DNA of 32,000 nt, from assembly GCF_000023965.1 (NCBI RefSeq), contig NC_013201.1, positions 189,863 to 221,862 on the forward strand. The letters are read 5' to 3'. Each line of letters starts with the position of its first letter. The stretch's first letter is position 1. The stretch is from Halomicrobium mukohataei DSM 12286 (lineage in GTDB: Archaea; Halobacteriota; Halobacteria; Halobacteriales; Haloarculaceae). The position numbers and the translations under genes were made by a program. Of this stretch, positions 16,230-24,823 are shown piece after piece. The notes beneath the pieces are model-generated. The model worked only from the letters and a program-made list of their open reading frames with translations, made no database searches and had not been told where the DNA came from.

Positions 16230-17135
16230 ATGAGCCCAGCGATCGATTCGATACTCGTGCCGACCGACGGGAGCGAGGGAGCCACAGTCGGCGCACAGCG
16301 CGGGATCGACCTGGCGGCGACGGCCGACGCGGACGTACACGTGCTGTCGGTGGTCGACACCCGCGAGATCGAGCCGCCGCTGTCGCGGTTCGGTGGCAAG
16401 GACCGTTCAGACAGAGAACAGCTGTTCGAGGACGAGGCCAAGCGGGCAGTCGATAGCGTCGCCGGGCTCGCACGGACACACCTCTCAGGTCGAGTCACCG
16501 GAACAGTCGAGCGAGGCGTGCCGTTCCAGGCGATCAACGAGTACGTCGAGGCACACGACATCGACGTGGTCGCGATGGGGACCCACGGACGGACCGGCCT
16601 CCAGCGACTCCTGCTGGGCAGCGTCGCCGAGAAGGTCCTTCGGACTGCGAGTGTCCCGGTCGTTGCAGTCCCGTCGACCGCCGACGAGATCGAGCCCGGC
16701 GAGGGAAGCTACGAGAACATCTTGCTGCCGACGGACAACAGCGATGGCGCGTCGGTCGCGATCGACTGGGGGATGACGCTGGCGACGCTGTACGGTGCGA
16801 TGGTATACACCATCTACTCGGTCGATACGAGCCTGTTGTCCGGGTCCGAGAGAGCGAGCGAGATCCACGGAGCGCTGGAACGGGTCGGCCGAGACGCGCT
16901 CGATGCGGTCCGACGGCGTGCTCGGGCGGCCGACATCAGTGTCGCGGGCAACATTGGGAGCGGACCGGCCGCGCGCGTGATCCTCGCCGAGAGCGGCGAC
17001 CACGACATCGATCTGATCGTGATGGGGACCCACGGCCGTTCCGGTATCGACCGGTACCTCATCGGCAGCGTGACCGAGACAGTCGTTCGCAACGCCGACG
17101 TGCCGGTCTGCTGTGTCCCGATGACGGAGCTGTGA
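16230..17135 (+). CDS. Universal stress protein, tandem UspA domains
   Basis: [11 protein letters not shown] ... [12 protein letters not shown] ... LGSVAEKV ... and [11 protein letters not shown] ... [12 protein letters not shown] ... [12 protein letters not shown]-like AGTATAAG lies 24-31 nt upstream. Confidence 0.9.
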   Translation: MSPAIDSILVPTDGSEGATVGAQRGIDLAATADADVHVLSVVDTREIEPPLSRFGGKDRSDREQLFEDEAKRAVDSVAGLARTHLSGRVTGTVERGVPFQAINEYVEAHDIDVVAMGTHGRTGLQRLLLGSVAEKVLRTASVPVVAVPSTADEIEPGEGSYENILLPTDNSDGASVAIDWGMTLATLYGAMVYTIYSVDTSLLSGSERASEIHGALERVGRDALDAVRRRARAADISVAGNIGSGPAARVILAESGDHDIDLIVMGTHGRSGIDRYLIGSVTETVVRNADVPVCCVPMTEL

Positions 17136-17184
17136 GTCCACCGCCGAGAACTATTTAGCGTTCCGACGGCTACGAGCGGTCACG

Positions 17185-17793
17185 ATGATGGCGACGACCC
17201 ACGCGCTCTGGGGGATGGCGGTCGCGTTGCCGGTCCTGGCGAGCGAGCCGACACTCGCGCCGGTAGCCTTCGGAGCGGGACTCGCGGGTGGTCTGCTCCC
17301 CGACCTCGATCTCTACGCCGGCCACCGGAAGACGCTGCACTATCCGGTGTATGCGCCGCTGGCCGCTGTCCCGGCGGTCACACTCGCGATCGCCACGCCC
17401 TCGACGGTGACGGTCGGGATCGCCGTGGGCCTCACCGCGATGGCGCTCCACGCCGTCACCGACGCTGCGGGCGGTGGCCTCGAACTCCGACCGTGGCTCG
17501 CCGACTCTGATCGGGCCGTCTACAGCCACTATCACGGCCGCTGGATCCGTCCCCGGCGGTGGGTCCGCTACGACGGTGCTCCCGAGGATCTCGCCGTCGC
17601 CGGCATCGCGACCGTGTCACTCGCCGCCGTCGCCGGCAGTGCCGTCACCGCGGTCGCCGTCGCGTTGCTGGCTGTCTCGGCCGTGTACGTCCTGGTGCGC
17701 AAGTCGCTGGCGACGCTGGCCGAGCACCTCGTCGGCCTGCTCCCGACACCCGTCCTGTCCTACGTCCCCGAGCGCTACCGCGAGAGTCAGTAG
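17185..17793 (+). CDS. Membrane-bound metal-dependent hydrolase family protein (YdjM/DUF457-like)
   Basis: 202 aa, hydrophobic, with HALWG ... LLPDLD ... GHRKTLH. This is the conserved His/Asp pattern of DUF457. Confidence 0.65.
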   Translation: MMATTHALWGMAVALPVLASEPTLAPVAFGAGLAGGLLPDLDLYAGHRKTLHYPVYAPLAAVPAVTLAIATPSTVTVGIAVGLTAMALHAVTDAAGGGLELRPWLADSDRAVYSHYHGRWIRPRRWVRYDGAPEDLAVAGIATVSLAAVAGSAVTAVAVALLAVSAVYVLVRKSLATLAEHLVGLLPTPVLSYVPERYRESQ

Positions 17794-17852
17794 TCTCTGC
17801 GGTCGGGAGCGATGCCACCGATTTATCTGACTGCTGGGCGAACATCGCGGTG

Positions 17853-18305
17853 ATGTACGACCGAATCCTCCTCCCGACGGACATGAGCCCCGGTGTCGAC
17901 CGGGCGATCGAGCACGCGATCGACGCCGCCGAGCGATACGACGCCGCCCTCCACGTGCTGTACGTCGTCGACGCCGACGCCTACAGCTCCTACCCCGGCG
18001 ACGAGTACGTCCACGAGTTCGAAGGACTGGAACACGCGCTCGAAGAAGCCGGCCGCGACGCGGTCGAAGCGATCACCGCCAGGGCGGCCGACGCGGGGAT
18101 CGACACGGTGAGCGAGATCCGCCACGGTGTCCCACACGAGGAGATCCTCGCGTACGGCGACGAAGCCGACATCGACCTGACTGTCGTCGGGTCGAAAAAC
18201 CGGGCCGGAGAGTACCGTCGGCTGCTCGGCAGCGTCGCAGAGCGGGTTGCTCGACTGTCGGAACGGCCCGTAACGGTCGTGAAGACGCCGGTCGAATCGT
18301 CCTGA
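17853..18305 (+). CDS. Universal stress protein, single UspA domain
   Basis: MYDRILLPTDMSPG ... DLTVVGSKNRAG ... LGSVAERV ... PVTVV. ATG 17853 sits 25-35 nt after the TATA-like CGATTTATCTG. Confidence 0.88.
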   Translation: MYDRILLPTDMSPGVDRAIEHAIDAAERYDAALHVLYVVDADAYSSYPGDEYVHEFEGLEHALEEAGRDAVEAITARAADAGIDTVSEIRHGVPHEEILAYGDEADIDLTVVGSKNRAGEYRRLLGSVAERVARLSERPVTVVKTPVESS

Positions 18306-18384
18306 TACTGCCGGCTGTAACTGTGTCAAGAGGGTCGCGACCACGGGGTCGCAACAGTCTGTACAGACGTACGGCCGGCAGTAT
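18305..18384 (+). other. 80-nt structured element. The outer stem is 15 bp (ATACTGCCGGCTGTA / TACGGCCGGCAGTAT, one G-U pair) and encloses the 12-bp perfect palindrome GTCTGTACAGAC.
   Basis: Paired by hand. It begins at the last base of the USP stop codon. Two GGGTCGC direct repeats lie inside it. Confidence 0.65.
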
Positions 18385-18455
18385 GAGCACGTCGACGACC
18401 GCGCGGCGGTGGCACGCGACACCGCTATGTGTGTCGACCGAGCAGTACGATCACG

Positions 18456-19013
18456 ATGCCACCGGACGAACGAGAGATCGAGCGGACCATCAGATACGGG
18501 TTAGTAGCGGTCTTCGTCCTGGGGCTCCGTCGTCGCGACCCTGGGACGGTGGTAAACGCCGCCGTCGGCGTGATCGGCACCTACCTGACCGAGTTCGTCG
18601 AGCGAACGTGTGGCGTGAAACTGCAACCGTGGCACCACCTGTACGTCGATACCGCGATGATCACCCACGCCGTGGGAATGCTGGGGCCCTACGACGACAT
18701 CCAGTGGTGGGACCACGTCACCCACATCCACTCGGCGACGATTCTCGGCGGGGCCGTCTTCGCGATCTGTCGGCGGACGGGCCGCGATCCCGGTCCGAGA
18801 GTCGTCGCCGCCGTCGCCTGTGGCGGCCTGCTGTGGGAGCTCGTCGAGTACGCCATCCACGTCGGAGCCGATCAAATCGGCGTCGAGCCGGTCCTCGTGA
18901 ACTACGGCAAGCGCGATACGCTGCTCGATCTGCTGTTCGACCTCGTCGGCGCAGTGCTCGTCCTCGCGCTCGGTGATCGCGTCCTCGGAGATCTGGCGAC
19001 GGCAGATACCTGA
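18456..19013 (+). CDS. Hypothetical membrane protein
   Basis: 185 aa counted from MPPDEREIERTIRYGLVAVFVLG, with 4-5 predicted TM helices. Alternative start at 18429. I recognise no family. Confidence 0.55.
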   Translation: MPPDEREIERTIRYGLVAVFVLGLRRRDPGTVVNAAVGVIGTYLTEFVERTCGVKLQPWHHLYVDTAMITHAVGMLGPYDDIQWWDHVTHIHSATILGGAVFAICRRTGRDPGPRVVAAVACGGLLWELVEYAIHVGADQIGVEPVLVNYGKRDTLLDLLFDLVGAVLVLALGDRVLGDLATADT

Positions 19014-19859
19014 CGAGCCAGCAGAGGGTGAGCGGAAGTGGCGATCCGGCGAGAGAGAGTGGCCAGACGTGACTGTCGAGTGACGTTTAGTCGGCGGGTT
19101 TCCCGAAAGCGACACCGGACGGCGCGTATTGGAGAATCTATCACATCGAATGACAGTATCGGGACCTCTTACAGCATCAGTGGCAGTCATCGAGCCATAC
19201 AAGACAGAACTCGTGCAAAGACGAACGACATCCTGCACTGGGGAAGCGAACGAGCGACCGTCGAGCATCGCTCGACGAACAGTGATCGATACCGGACGAC
19301 AGTACGCTAGTCCAACGATGCTGGATCGCAGTGGGAAAAGAACGAACATCGGACCCGACGGGATAGCGGAGCGGCGTCCCCCGCTGCTCGTCACCGGCCG
19401 ACGGCCTGCTTTACACGCTTAGTTCTGTAAAGCTTGGTGGCAACTAGCTGCTAGCACGGGCGAGCGAGGACACTGGTCAGAGTGTGATCCCGTCGAGAGC
19501 GTCCTACAATGGTCGACTCGACGACGGTAGCTAACTGGATGGGATTTGTATATGACGAATATCGTGTTACCATACAGACTTTTGTTCTCTTTTAGATAAT
19601 ATTGGTCGTGTTTTACTGTACAGTATTTACCAACACAGACCGTACGCGGAGTTCGTCGAGACGTAGCGGCGGTAGCGTGACCGCTCTCCCGCATACAGGC
19701 AGTTTCGAGCGATATTGGACGATCGTATGGCATAAGTGGATGTTCTCCGTGGGACGACTTCGGCTTCGCCGTGCGTCGACGCGCGTGGACGGTCGACCGT
19801 ACCGTCGGACAGCAGCGTTCCAGTTGGTGCGGCAAGGCCCTGGACTACCCGGTGTCGGA

Positions 19860-20627
19860 CTACGTGTACGTGATGTTGAGTTCGATGACGTTGGCGACGC
19901 TCTTGAGCTTCGCAGGGAGTTCCGAACGGAAGCGATCTCCCTGGAGTCGGCTCGTCGGTCCGGAGACGCTGATCGCGCCCTCGACGACGTCGTCGTTGTT
20001 CACGATCGGGACGGCGACACACCGCAGGCCCTTGACGCGGGCTTCGTCGTCGAAGGCGACGCCCTCGGTTCGAACGCGTTTCAGGCGCTCGAACAGTTCG
20101 TCGCGTTCGGTGATCGTGTTCTCGGTCATCCCCGGGAGGCCGTGTTGCTCGATGATCTCGTCGACGCGTTCCTCGGGGAGGTGTGCGAGGATCGCGTTAC
20201 CCAGCGCCGTGCTGTGGAGGTTGACCCGCTGGCCGACGTAGGAGTCGGTCTTGACGGCGTCGGCTCCGTGATCCCGGTGGATGTAGATCCCCTTGCCGTT
20301 CTCCTCGACGAGGAGGTTCGCCATCTCGCCGGTCTCCTCGGCCAGGTCGGTCACTTCGTCACGGGCGATGTCGTATATCTGCTCTCTGTGTCGGGCCTTG
20401 CCCCCGAGCGCGAGGTGTTTGAGACTGAGCCGGTACGTGCTGCCGTCCTTGACGACGTAGCCGTCCCCTTCGAGCGTGCTCAGGTAGTTGTGGATGCTGC
20501 TCTTCGACAGCGAGAAGGCGTCGGTCAGCTCCATCAGACTCGCCTCGTTGCGGCGGCGCAACTCTTCGAGGATCTGGAAGGCCGTTTGCACTGACTGTAT
20601 CTCGCCGGAGTTGTTCCGTTGGGGCAT
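19860..20627 (-). CDS. IclR-family transcriptional regulator
   Basis: 255 aa counted from MPQRNNSGEIQSVQTAFQILEEL (N-terminal wHTH) plus a C-terminal IclR effector-domain pattern (AVPIVNNDDVVEGAISVSGP). TATA-like CTTTATTATC lies about 25-35 nt upstream on the minus strand. Confidence 0.9.
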   Translation of the reverse strand: MPQRNNSGEIQSVQTAFQILEELRRRNEASLMELTDAFSLSKSSIHNYLSTLEGDGYVVKDGSTYRLSLKHLALGGKARHREQIYDIARDEVTDLAEETGEMANLLVEENGKGIYIHRDHGADAVKTDSYVGQRVNLHSTALGNAILAHLPEERVDEIIEQHGLPGMTENTITERDELFERLKRVRTEGVAFDDEARVKGLRCVAVPIVNNDDVVEGAISVSGPTSRLQGDRFRSELPAKLKSVANVIELNITYT

Positions 20628-20802
20628 CGGTGTCGTCTTTCCCGTGTGTGATAATAAAGCTACTCCACCAATACTGAACGGCGGTCGCCGATGTCCGAAC
20701 GGGCGGTGGTCCGTGTCCCACGAAAAATCGGCTGCTAGGGGCTGGACACCGGCGGTCGAGGCTTCCAAAGAGGCTAAATGAGTGGGGCCTAATCGACCAG
20801 AT

Positions 20803-21606
20803 ATGCGTCAGATGCCAGCGATTGGACTCGGTACGTGGCAAAACACCGACCCGGACACCTGTCGAGAGAGCGTCCGTCTCGCACTCGAAGCGGGCTACCG
20901 CCACGTCGACACCGCACAGTACTACGACAACGAACGGCTCGTCGGAGAGGGCATCGCCGAGGCCGACGTGCCCCGAGAGGAAGTGTTCGTCGCGACGAAA
21001 GTCCACGCCGAGAAGTTCGGACTCGCCCACGAGGAAGTGATCGAGGGACTGGAAGCCAGCCTCGACCGCCTCGGACTCGACTCGCTTGACCTGCTGTACG
21101 TCCACTGGCCGGTGGGCAACTACGATCCCGCGGAGACGATGCCGGCGTTCGACGAACTCCGAGAGCGGGGCCTGATCGACCACGTCGGCCTGAGCAACTT
21201 CTCGGCCGAACTCCTCGACGAGGCGCTTGCTGAGCTCTCCGCCCCGCTGTTTGCCCACCAGGTCGAGATGCATCCGCTGCTCCAGCAGGACGAACTGCTG
21301 GCTCACGCACGCGAACACGACTACAACCTCGTGGCCTACTCGCCGCTGGCACGCGGGAACGTCTTCGAGCTGCCCGAACTCCAGTCGATCGCGGAGAAAC
21401 ACGGCGTCAGTGAGGCACAGGTCAGTCTCGCCTGGCTCCAGTCCAAAGGCGTGGTGACGCCGATCCCGAAGGCGTCGAGCGAAGAACACATCCGCGACAA
21501 CCTCGCGTCGCGCGAACTCGAACTCGACGAGGAGGACGTCGAGGCGATCGAGGCGATCGACCGGACCGAGCGGTTCGTCGAGCGCGACGGCGCGCCGTGG
21601 CTCTGA
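20803..21606 (+). CDS. Aldo/keto reductase, 2,5-diketo-D-gluconate-reductase-like subfamily
   Basis: AIGLGTWQ start. The catalytic tetrad context is HVDTA (D), QYYDNE (Y), VATK (K) and YVHWP (H). The C-terminal part has IPKAS..EHIRDN. Alternative ATG at 20812. Confidence 0.92.
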   Translation: MRQMPAIGLGTWQNTDPDTCRESVRLALEAGYRHVDTAQYYDNERLVGEGIAEADVPREEVFVATKVHAEKFGLAHEEVIEGLEASLDRLGLDSLDLLYVHWPVGNYDPAETMPAFDELRERGLIDHVGLSNFSAELLDEALAELSAPLFAHQVEMHPLLQQDELLAHAREHDYNLVAYSPLARGNVFELPELQSIAEKHGVSEAQVSLAWLQSKGVVTPIPKASSEEHIRDNLASRELELDEEDVEAIEAIDRTERFVERDGAPWL

Positions 21607-21665
21607 AACCGGCGATCGTCCAGTAATTCGCGACCGCGATCGAGAAGCAGTGACGGCCGACAGTG

Positions 21666-22763
21666 TCACCAGGACGTGATCGTCACGTCACGCAGCGGTC
21701 GGTCGAGGGGAACGTCGACGACGCCGCCGGTGTAGTGTGAGACGTAGAAGCCGACGATCATCTCCAGGGATCGCACGGCCTCCTCGCCGGGCGAGTAGTT
21801 CTCCGATTCACCCGCGAGGAGGTCCTGGACGTGGGCGGCGGCGTTGGCGAAGGAGTTCTTGTAGTCGTCGTCCCAGGTCCACTCGCCGTCGATGCTGTCC
21901 AGTGGCGTCTCGACGTGTTCGCCGTCTTCGAGCCGCCAGTAGCGCCACTCGCCGTCGTCGTTGTTGAGATAGAGTTTCCCCTCGGTGCCGACGAAGTTCA
22001 GCGTCATCGAAGAGATATCGCGGGGAATCGTACAGTCGACCGTCACGAAGGTCCCGTCCTCCATGACCACGTAGCCGCCGCCACCGGCGTCGTCGACCGT
22101 CTCGTCGACGTCGAGCGAGTCGACGGCCTCGTTTTCGCCGGTGATGTAGCCGTTGACCTCCCGTGGCACCGTATCGAGCAGGAAGACGAGCGTGTCGAGG
22201 ACGTGTGTCGAGTTGCGCATCAGCTCCATGCGGTACTGGGTGCTGACCGACCGCACGTCGCCCAGAATGTTCTCGTGCTGGATGAGATAGCGGAGCCGCT
22301 GGAGCTTCTCGGTGAACCGAAACGAGTGGTTGACGACCAGTTCCGTCCCCGTCTCCGCGCAGGTGTCGACCATCTCCTGTGCCCGGGACACGTCCGAGGC
22401 GATCGGCTTCTCACACCAGATCACGTCCGGATCGGCGGGCGACTGTGCGGCGTCGATCGCGTGGCCGTCGTGGAGATACGACGGCGTACAGATCGAGACC
22501 ACGTCGAGGTCTTCGCTCGCGAGCATCGTCTCGTGGTCCAGATAGCGGCCACTGTCGGGGATGTCCCACGCGTCGCCGAACGTGTCGAGCTTGTCCTCGT
22601 CTACGTCCGCGACGGCGACGAGTTCGATCTCCGACGTGCTGGCGTAGCCGCCAGCGTGACTGGCGTCGATCTTTTCGTTTCCGATGGCGTCCTCGTCGTG
22701 CATCCCGAGGATGCCCATGCCGGCGATACCGCCCGTTCCGATGATCGCTGCGTTGTAGCTCAT
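21666..22763 (-). CDS. Gfo/Idh/MocA-family NAD(P)-dependent oxidoreductase
   Basis: N-terminal AIIGTGGIAG Rossmann motif and the CEKPIA family motif. 365 aa. Confidence 0.9.
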   Translation of the reverse strand: MSYNAAIIGTGGIAGMGILGMHDEDAIGNEKIDASHAGGYASTSEIELVAVADVDEDKLDTFGDAWDIPDSGRYLDHETMLASEDLDVVSICTPSYLHDGHAIDAAQSPADPDVIWCEKPIASDVSRAQEMVDTCAETGTELVVNHSFRFTEKLQRLRYLIQHENILGDVRSVSTQYRMELMRNSTHVLDTLVFLLDTVPREVNGYITGENEAVDSLDVDETVDDAGGGGYVVMEDGTFVTVDCTIPRDISSMTLNFVGTEGKLYLNNDDGEWRYWRLEDGEHVETPLDSIDGEWTWDDDYKNSFANAAAHVQDLLAGESENYSPGEEAVRSLEMIVGFYVSHYTGGVVDVPLDRPLRDVTITSW

Positions 22764-22838
22764 AGTGGTCTGTGGTTCTGCGTCGTCGAGTCAAGCCGGA
22801 TGGCTGGAGCCACTGCTCGACTGACCCATGCGAAGCTC

Positions 22839-22879
22839 TTTCGACACCGCTATTTATAAATCCTTGAGTTTCCGCACCG
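22839..22879. promoter_or_regulatory. TATA box TATTTATAAA flanked by two direct repeats, TTTCGACACCG and TTTCCGCACCG
   Basis: The repeats are at 22839-22849 and 22869-22879, and the TATA box at 22851-22860. The block lies in the divergent intergenic region between the oxidoreductase and DUF2264 genes. Confidence 0.4.
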
Positions 22880-22978
22880 AACGAGAGCATGCTGTCGGCC
22901 ACATCGGCGGTCGGAGGGCCGGCCGCGCGTCGAGGGCAGAGCCACAACATACATTGTCCACAGCGCGGTTGGGGTGGT

Positions 22979-24814
22979 ATGGGAAATCCAGTCACGGAGA
23001 ACCCACTGGAGACGCGGTCGGACGTACAGCGAGCGGTGCGACAGCTCGTCGCACCCCTGGAAGCACACCACAGTCCGGGCGGGGCACTCGTTCGCGTCGG
23101 CGCGGCCGGCGCGTCGTTCCCGAACCACGAAGCGGGGATCGAGGGGTACGCTCGCTCGCTGTGGGGCCTCGCCACACTCGCGGCCGGCGGCGGCGAGTTC
23201 GACGGGTGGGAACGGTATCGGGCGGGACTGGTCAACGGAACGGACCCGGATCACCCTGAGTACTGGGGCACGATCGCCGACGGGCGACAGAAGGTCGTCG
23301 AGGGCTCCTGTCTGGGAATGGCGCTCGGGCTCGTCCCCGAGCGGCTCTGGGAGCCACTCGACGAGGCGGAACGCGAGCGAGTACAGACCTGGCTGACGGC
23401 GGCCAACGGCGAGTGGATCCCGGACAACAACTGGCGCTTTTTCCGGGTGCTGGCCAACGTCGGGCTGTCGTCGGTCGGTGCCTCGTTCGACCGCCAGCAG
23501 GTCGCGACCGACCTGGACCGTCTGGAAACGTTCGCGCTGGAGAACGGCTGGTACGCCGACGGTCCGGACGCCCCGGTCGACTACTACTGTGCGTGGACGA
23601 TGCACGTCGAGGGGCTCCTCTACGCCTGGCTGGCCGAGGACGATGCCGAGCGAGCGGCCCGGTTCAGGCGGCGGGCGGTCGAGTTCGCAAGCGAGTACCG
23701 CCACCTGTTCGAGCCCAGCGGGCGCGCGGTCCCCTACGGCCGGAGTCTCACCTACCGGTTCGCCCAGGCCGCGTTCTGGGGCGCGCTCGCGCTCGTCGGT
23801 CGAGACGCCGACCTCCCGTGGGGCGAGATCAGGGGGCTGTGGCTCCGGAATCTCCGGTGGTGGTTCGACCAGCCGATCTTCGCCGCCGACGGGACGCTGA
23901 CCGTCGGCTACCGCTACCCCTCACAGAAGATGACCGAGCGGTACAACTCCCCGTCCTCGCCGTACTGGGCGTTTCGGGCGTTCCTGCCCCTGATCGCCGA
24001 CGCGGACCACCCCTTCTGGACGGCCGAGGAACGGCCGCTGCCCGAACTCGACCGCCAGCGGCCGATCGAGGCGGCGGACCTGCTCGTCCGGCGCGGGCCG
24101 GACCACGTCGTCGCGTTCACCGGCGACACCGCCACGCCCCGCTACCGGAACAAGTACGACAAGTTCGCCTACTCCAGTCACTTCGGGTTCGGCGTCGACG
24201 ACGGGATCGCCGGACTCGACGCCTGTGGAATCGACAGCACGCTCGTGGTCAGTACGGACGGCGAGCACTTCCGCGGACGGACGGCGGACCTCGACGGCAG
24301 CGTCGACGACGGCGTCGCGGCGTCGACGTGGGACCCCTTCGACGACGTGACAGTCAGGACGAAGGTGCTCCCGGTCGGACCGTGGCACGTCCGCATCCAC
24401 CAGCTCGAAGCCGCGCGAGCGATCGAGACCGCGGAGGGCGGCTTCGCGCTGCCGACGACCGAGGAACGGTACGCCGACGACGTACGAGAGACGACCGAGG
24501 GACAGATGGCGGCGGTGTCGTTCGAGGACTTCAGCGGTCTCCGGGCCGTCGGCGGCGGGAACCGCTGTGAGCCAGCGGTGACCACACCGGTCCCGAACAC
24601 GAACGTCCAGCATCCCCGTACCGCGGTCCCGGTCCTCTCTCGCTCCTTCGAGCCCGGCAGTTACCGGTTCGCGTCGGCCGTCCTCGGCGTGCCGGGGACA
24701 GCCAGCCCGACGGCCTGGACCGAACCGCCGACCGTCGAGTGGACCTGGTCGGGGGTCACCGTCGGCGACGGCGAGGGAGAGACGGTACAGACAGTCAGTC
24801 TCGAACAGAAGTAG
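22979..24814 (+). CDS. DUF2264-domain protein (alpha/alpha-toroid, lyase/hydrolase-like; function unknown)
   Basis: Matches my recollection of the DUF2264 pattern: GIEGYARSLWGLA ... GTDPDHPEYWG ... NNWRFFRVL ... ENGWYADG. No signal peptide. ATG 22889 is an alternative start and would make the transcript leaderless relative to the TATA box at 22851-22860. Confidence 0.78.
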   Translation: MGNPVTENPLETRSDVQRAVRQLVAPLEAHHSPGGALVRVGAAGASFPNHEAGIEGYARSLWGLATLAAGGGEFDGWERYRAGLVNGTDPDHPEYWGTIADGRQKVVEGSCLGMALGLVPERLWEPLDEAERERVQTWLTAANGEWIPDNNWRFFRVLANVGLSSVGASFDRQQVATDLDRLETFALENGWYADGPDAPVDYYCAWTMHVEGLLYAWLAEDDAERAARFRRRAVEFASEYRHLFEPSGRAVPYGRSLTYRFAQAAFWGALALVGRDADLPWGEIRGLWLRNLRWWFDQPIFAADGTLTVGYRYPSQKMTERYNSPSSPYWAFRAFLPLIADADHPFWTAEERPLPELDRQRPIEAADLLVRRGPDHVVAFTGDTATPRYRNKYDKFAYSSHFGFGVDDGIAGLDACGIDSTLVVSTDGEHFRGRTADLDGSVDDGVAASTWDPFDDVTVRTKVLPVGPWHVRIHQLEAARAIETAEGGFALPTTEERYADDVRETTEGQMAAVSFEDFSGLRAVGGGNRCEPAVTTPVPNTNVQHPRTAVPVLSRSFEPGSYRFASAVLGVPGTASPTAWTEPPTVEWTWSGVTVGDGEGETVQTVSLEQK

Positions 24815-24823
24815 CAGCGACCG

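Noticed and set aside
19108-19115. CGACACC(G) recurs in several intergenic regions of the sugar-acid locus (19108, 20630 minus, 20744, 22842, 26213 minus), which suggested a regulator site.
   Set aside because: The same GC-rich 7-8-mer is common inside coding regions (for example about 4486, 12548 and 20908, where it encodes Val-Asp-Thr). The occurrences are therefore not distinguishable from chance without statistics.
19419-19835. The 138-aa minus-strand ORF in the AT-rich gap, with several Cys/His residues, could be a small zinc-binding protein.
   Set aside because: Its composition is basic and unlike the local proteome. I recognise no motif, no TATA-like box lies at a sensible distance, and the ORF runs toward the end of the upstream gene. 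It is kept only as a possibility within the finding on the gap.
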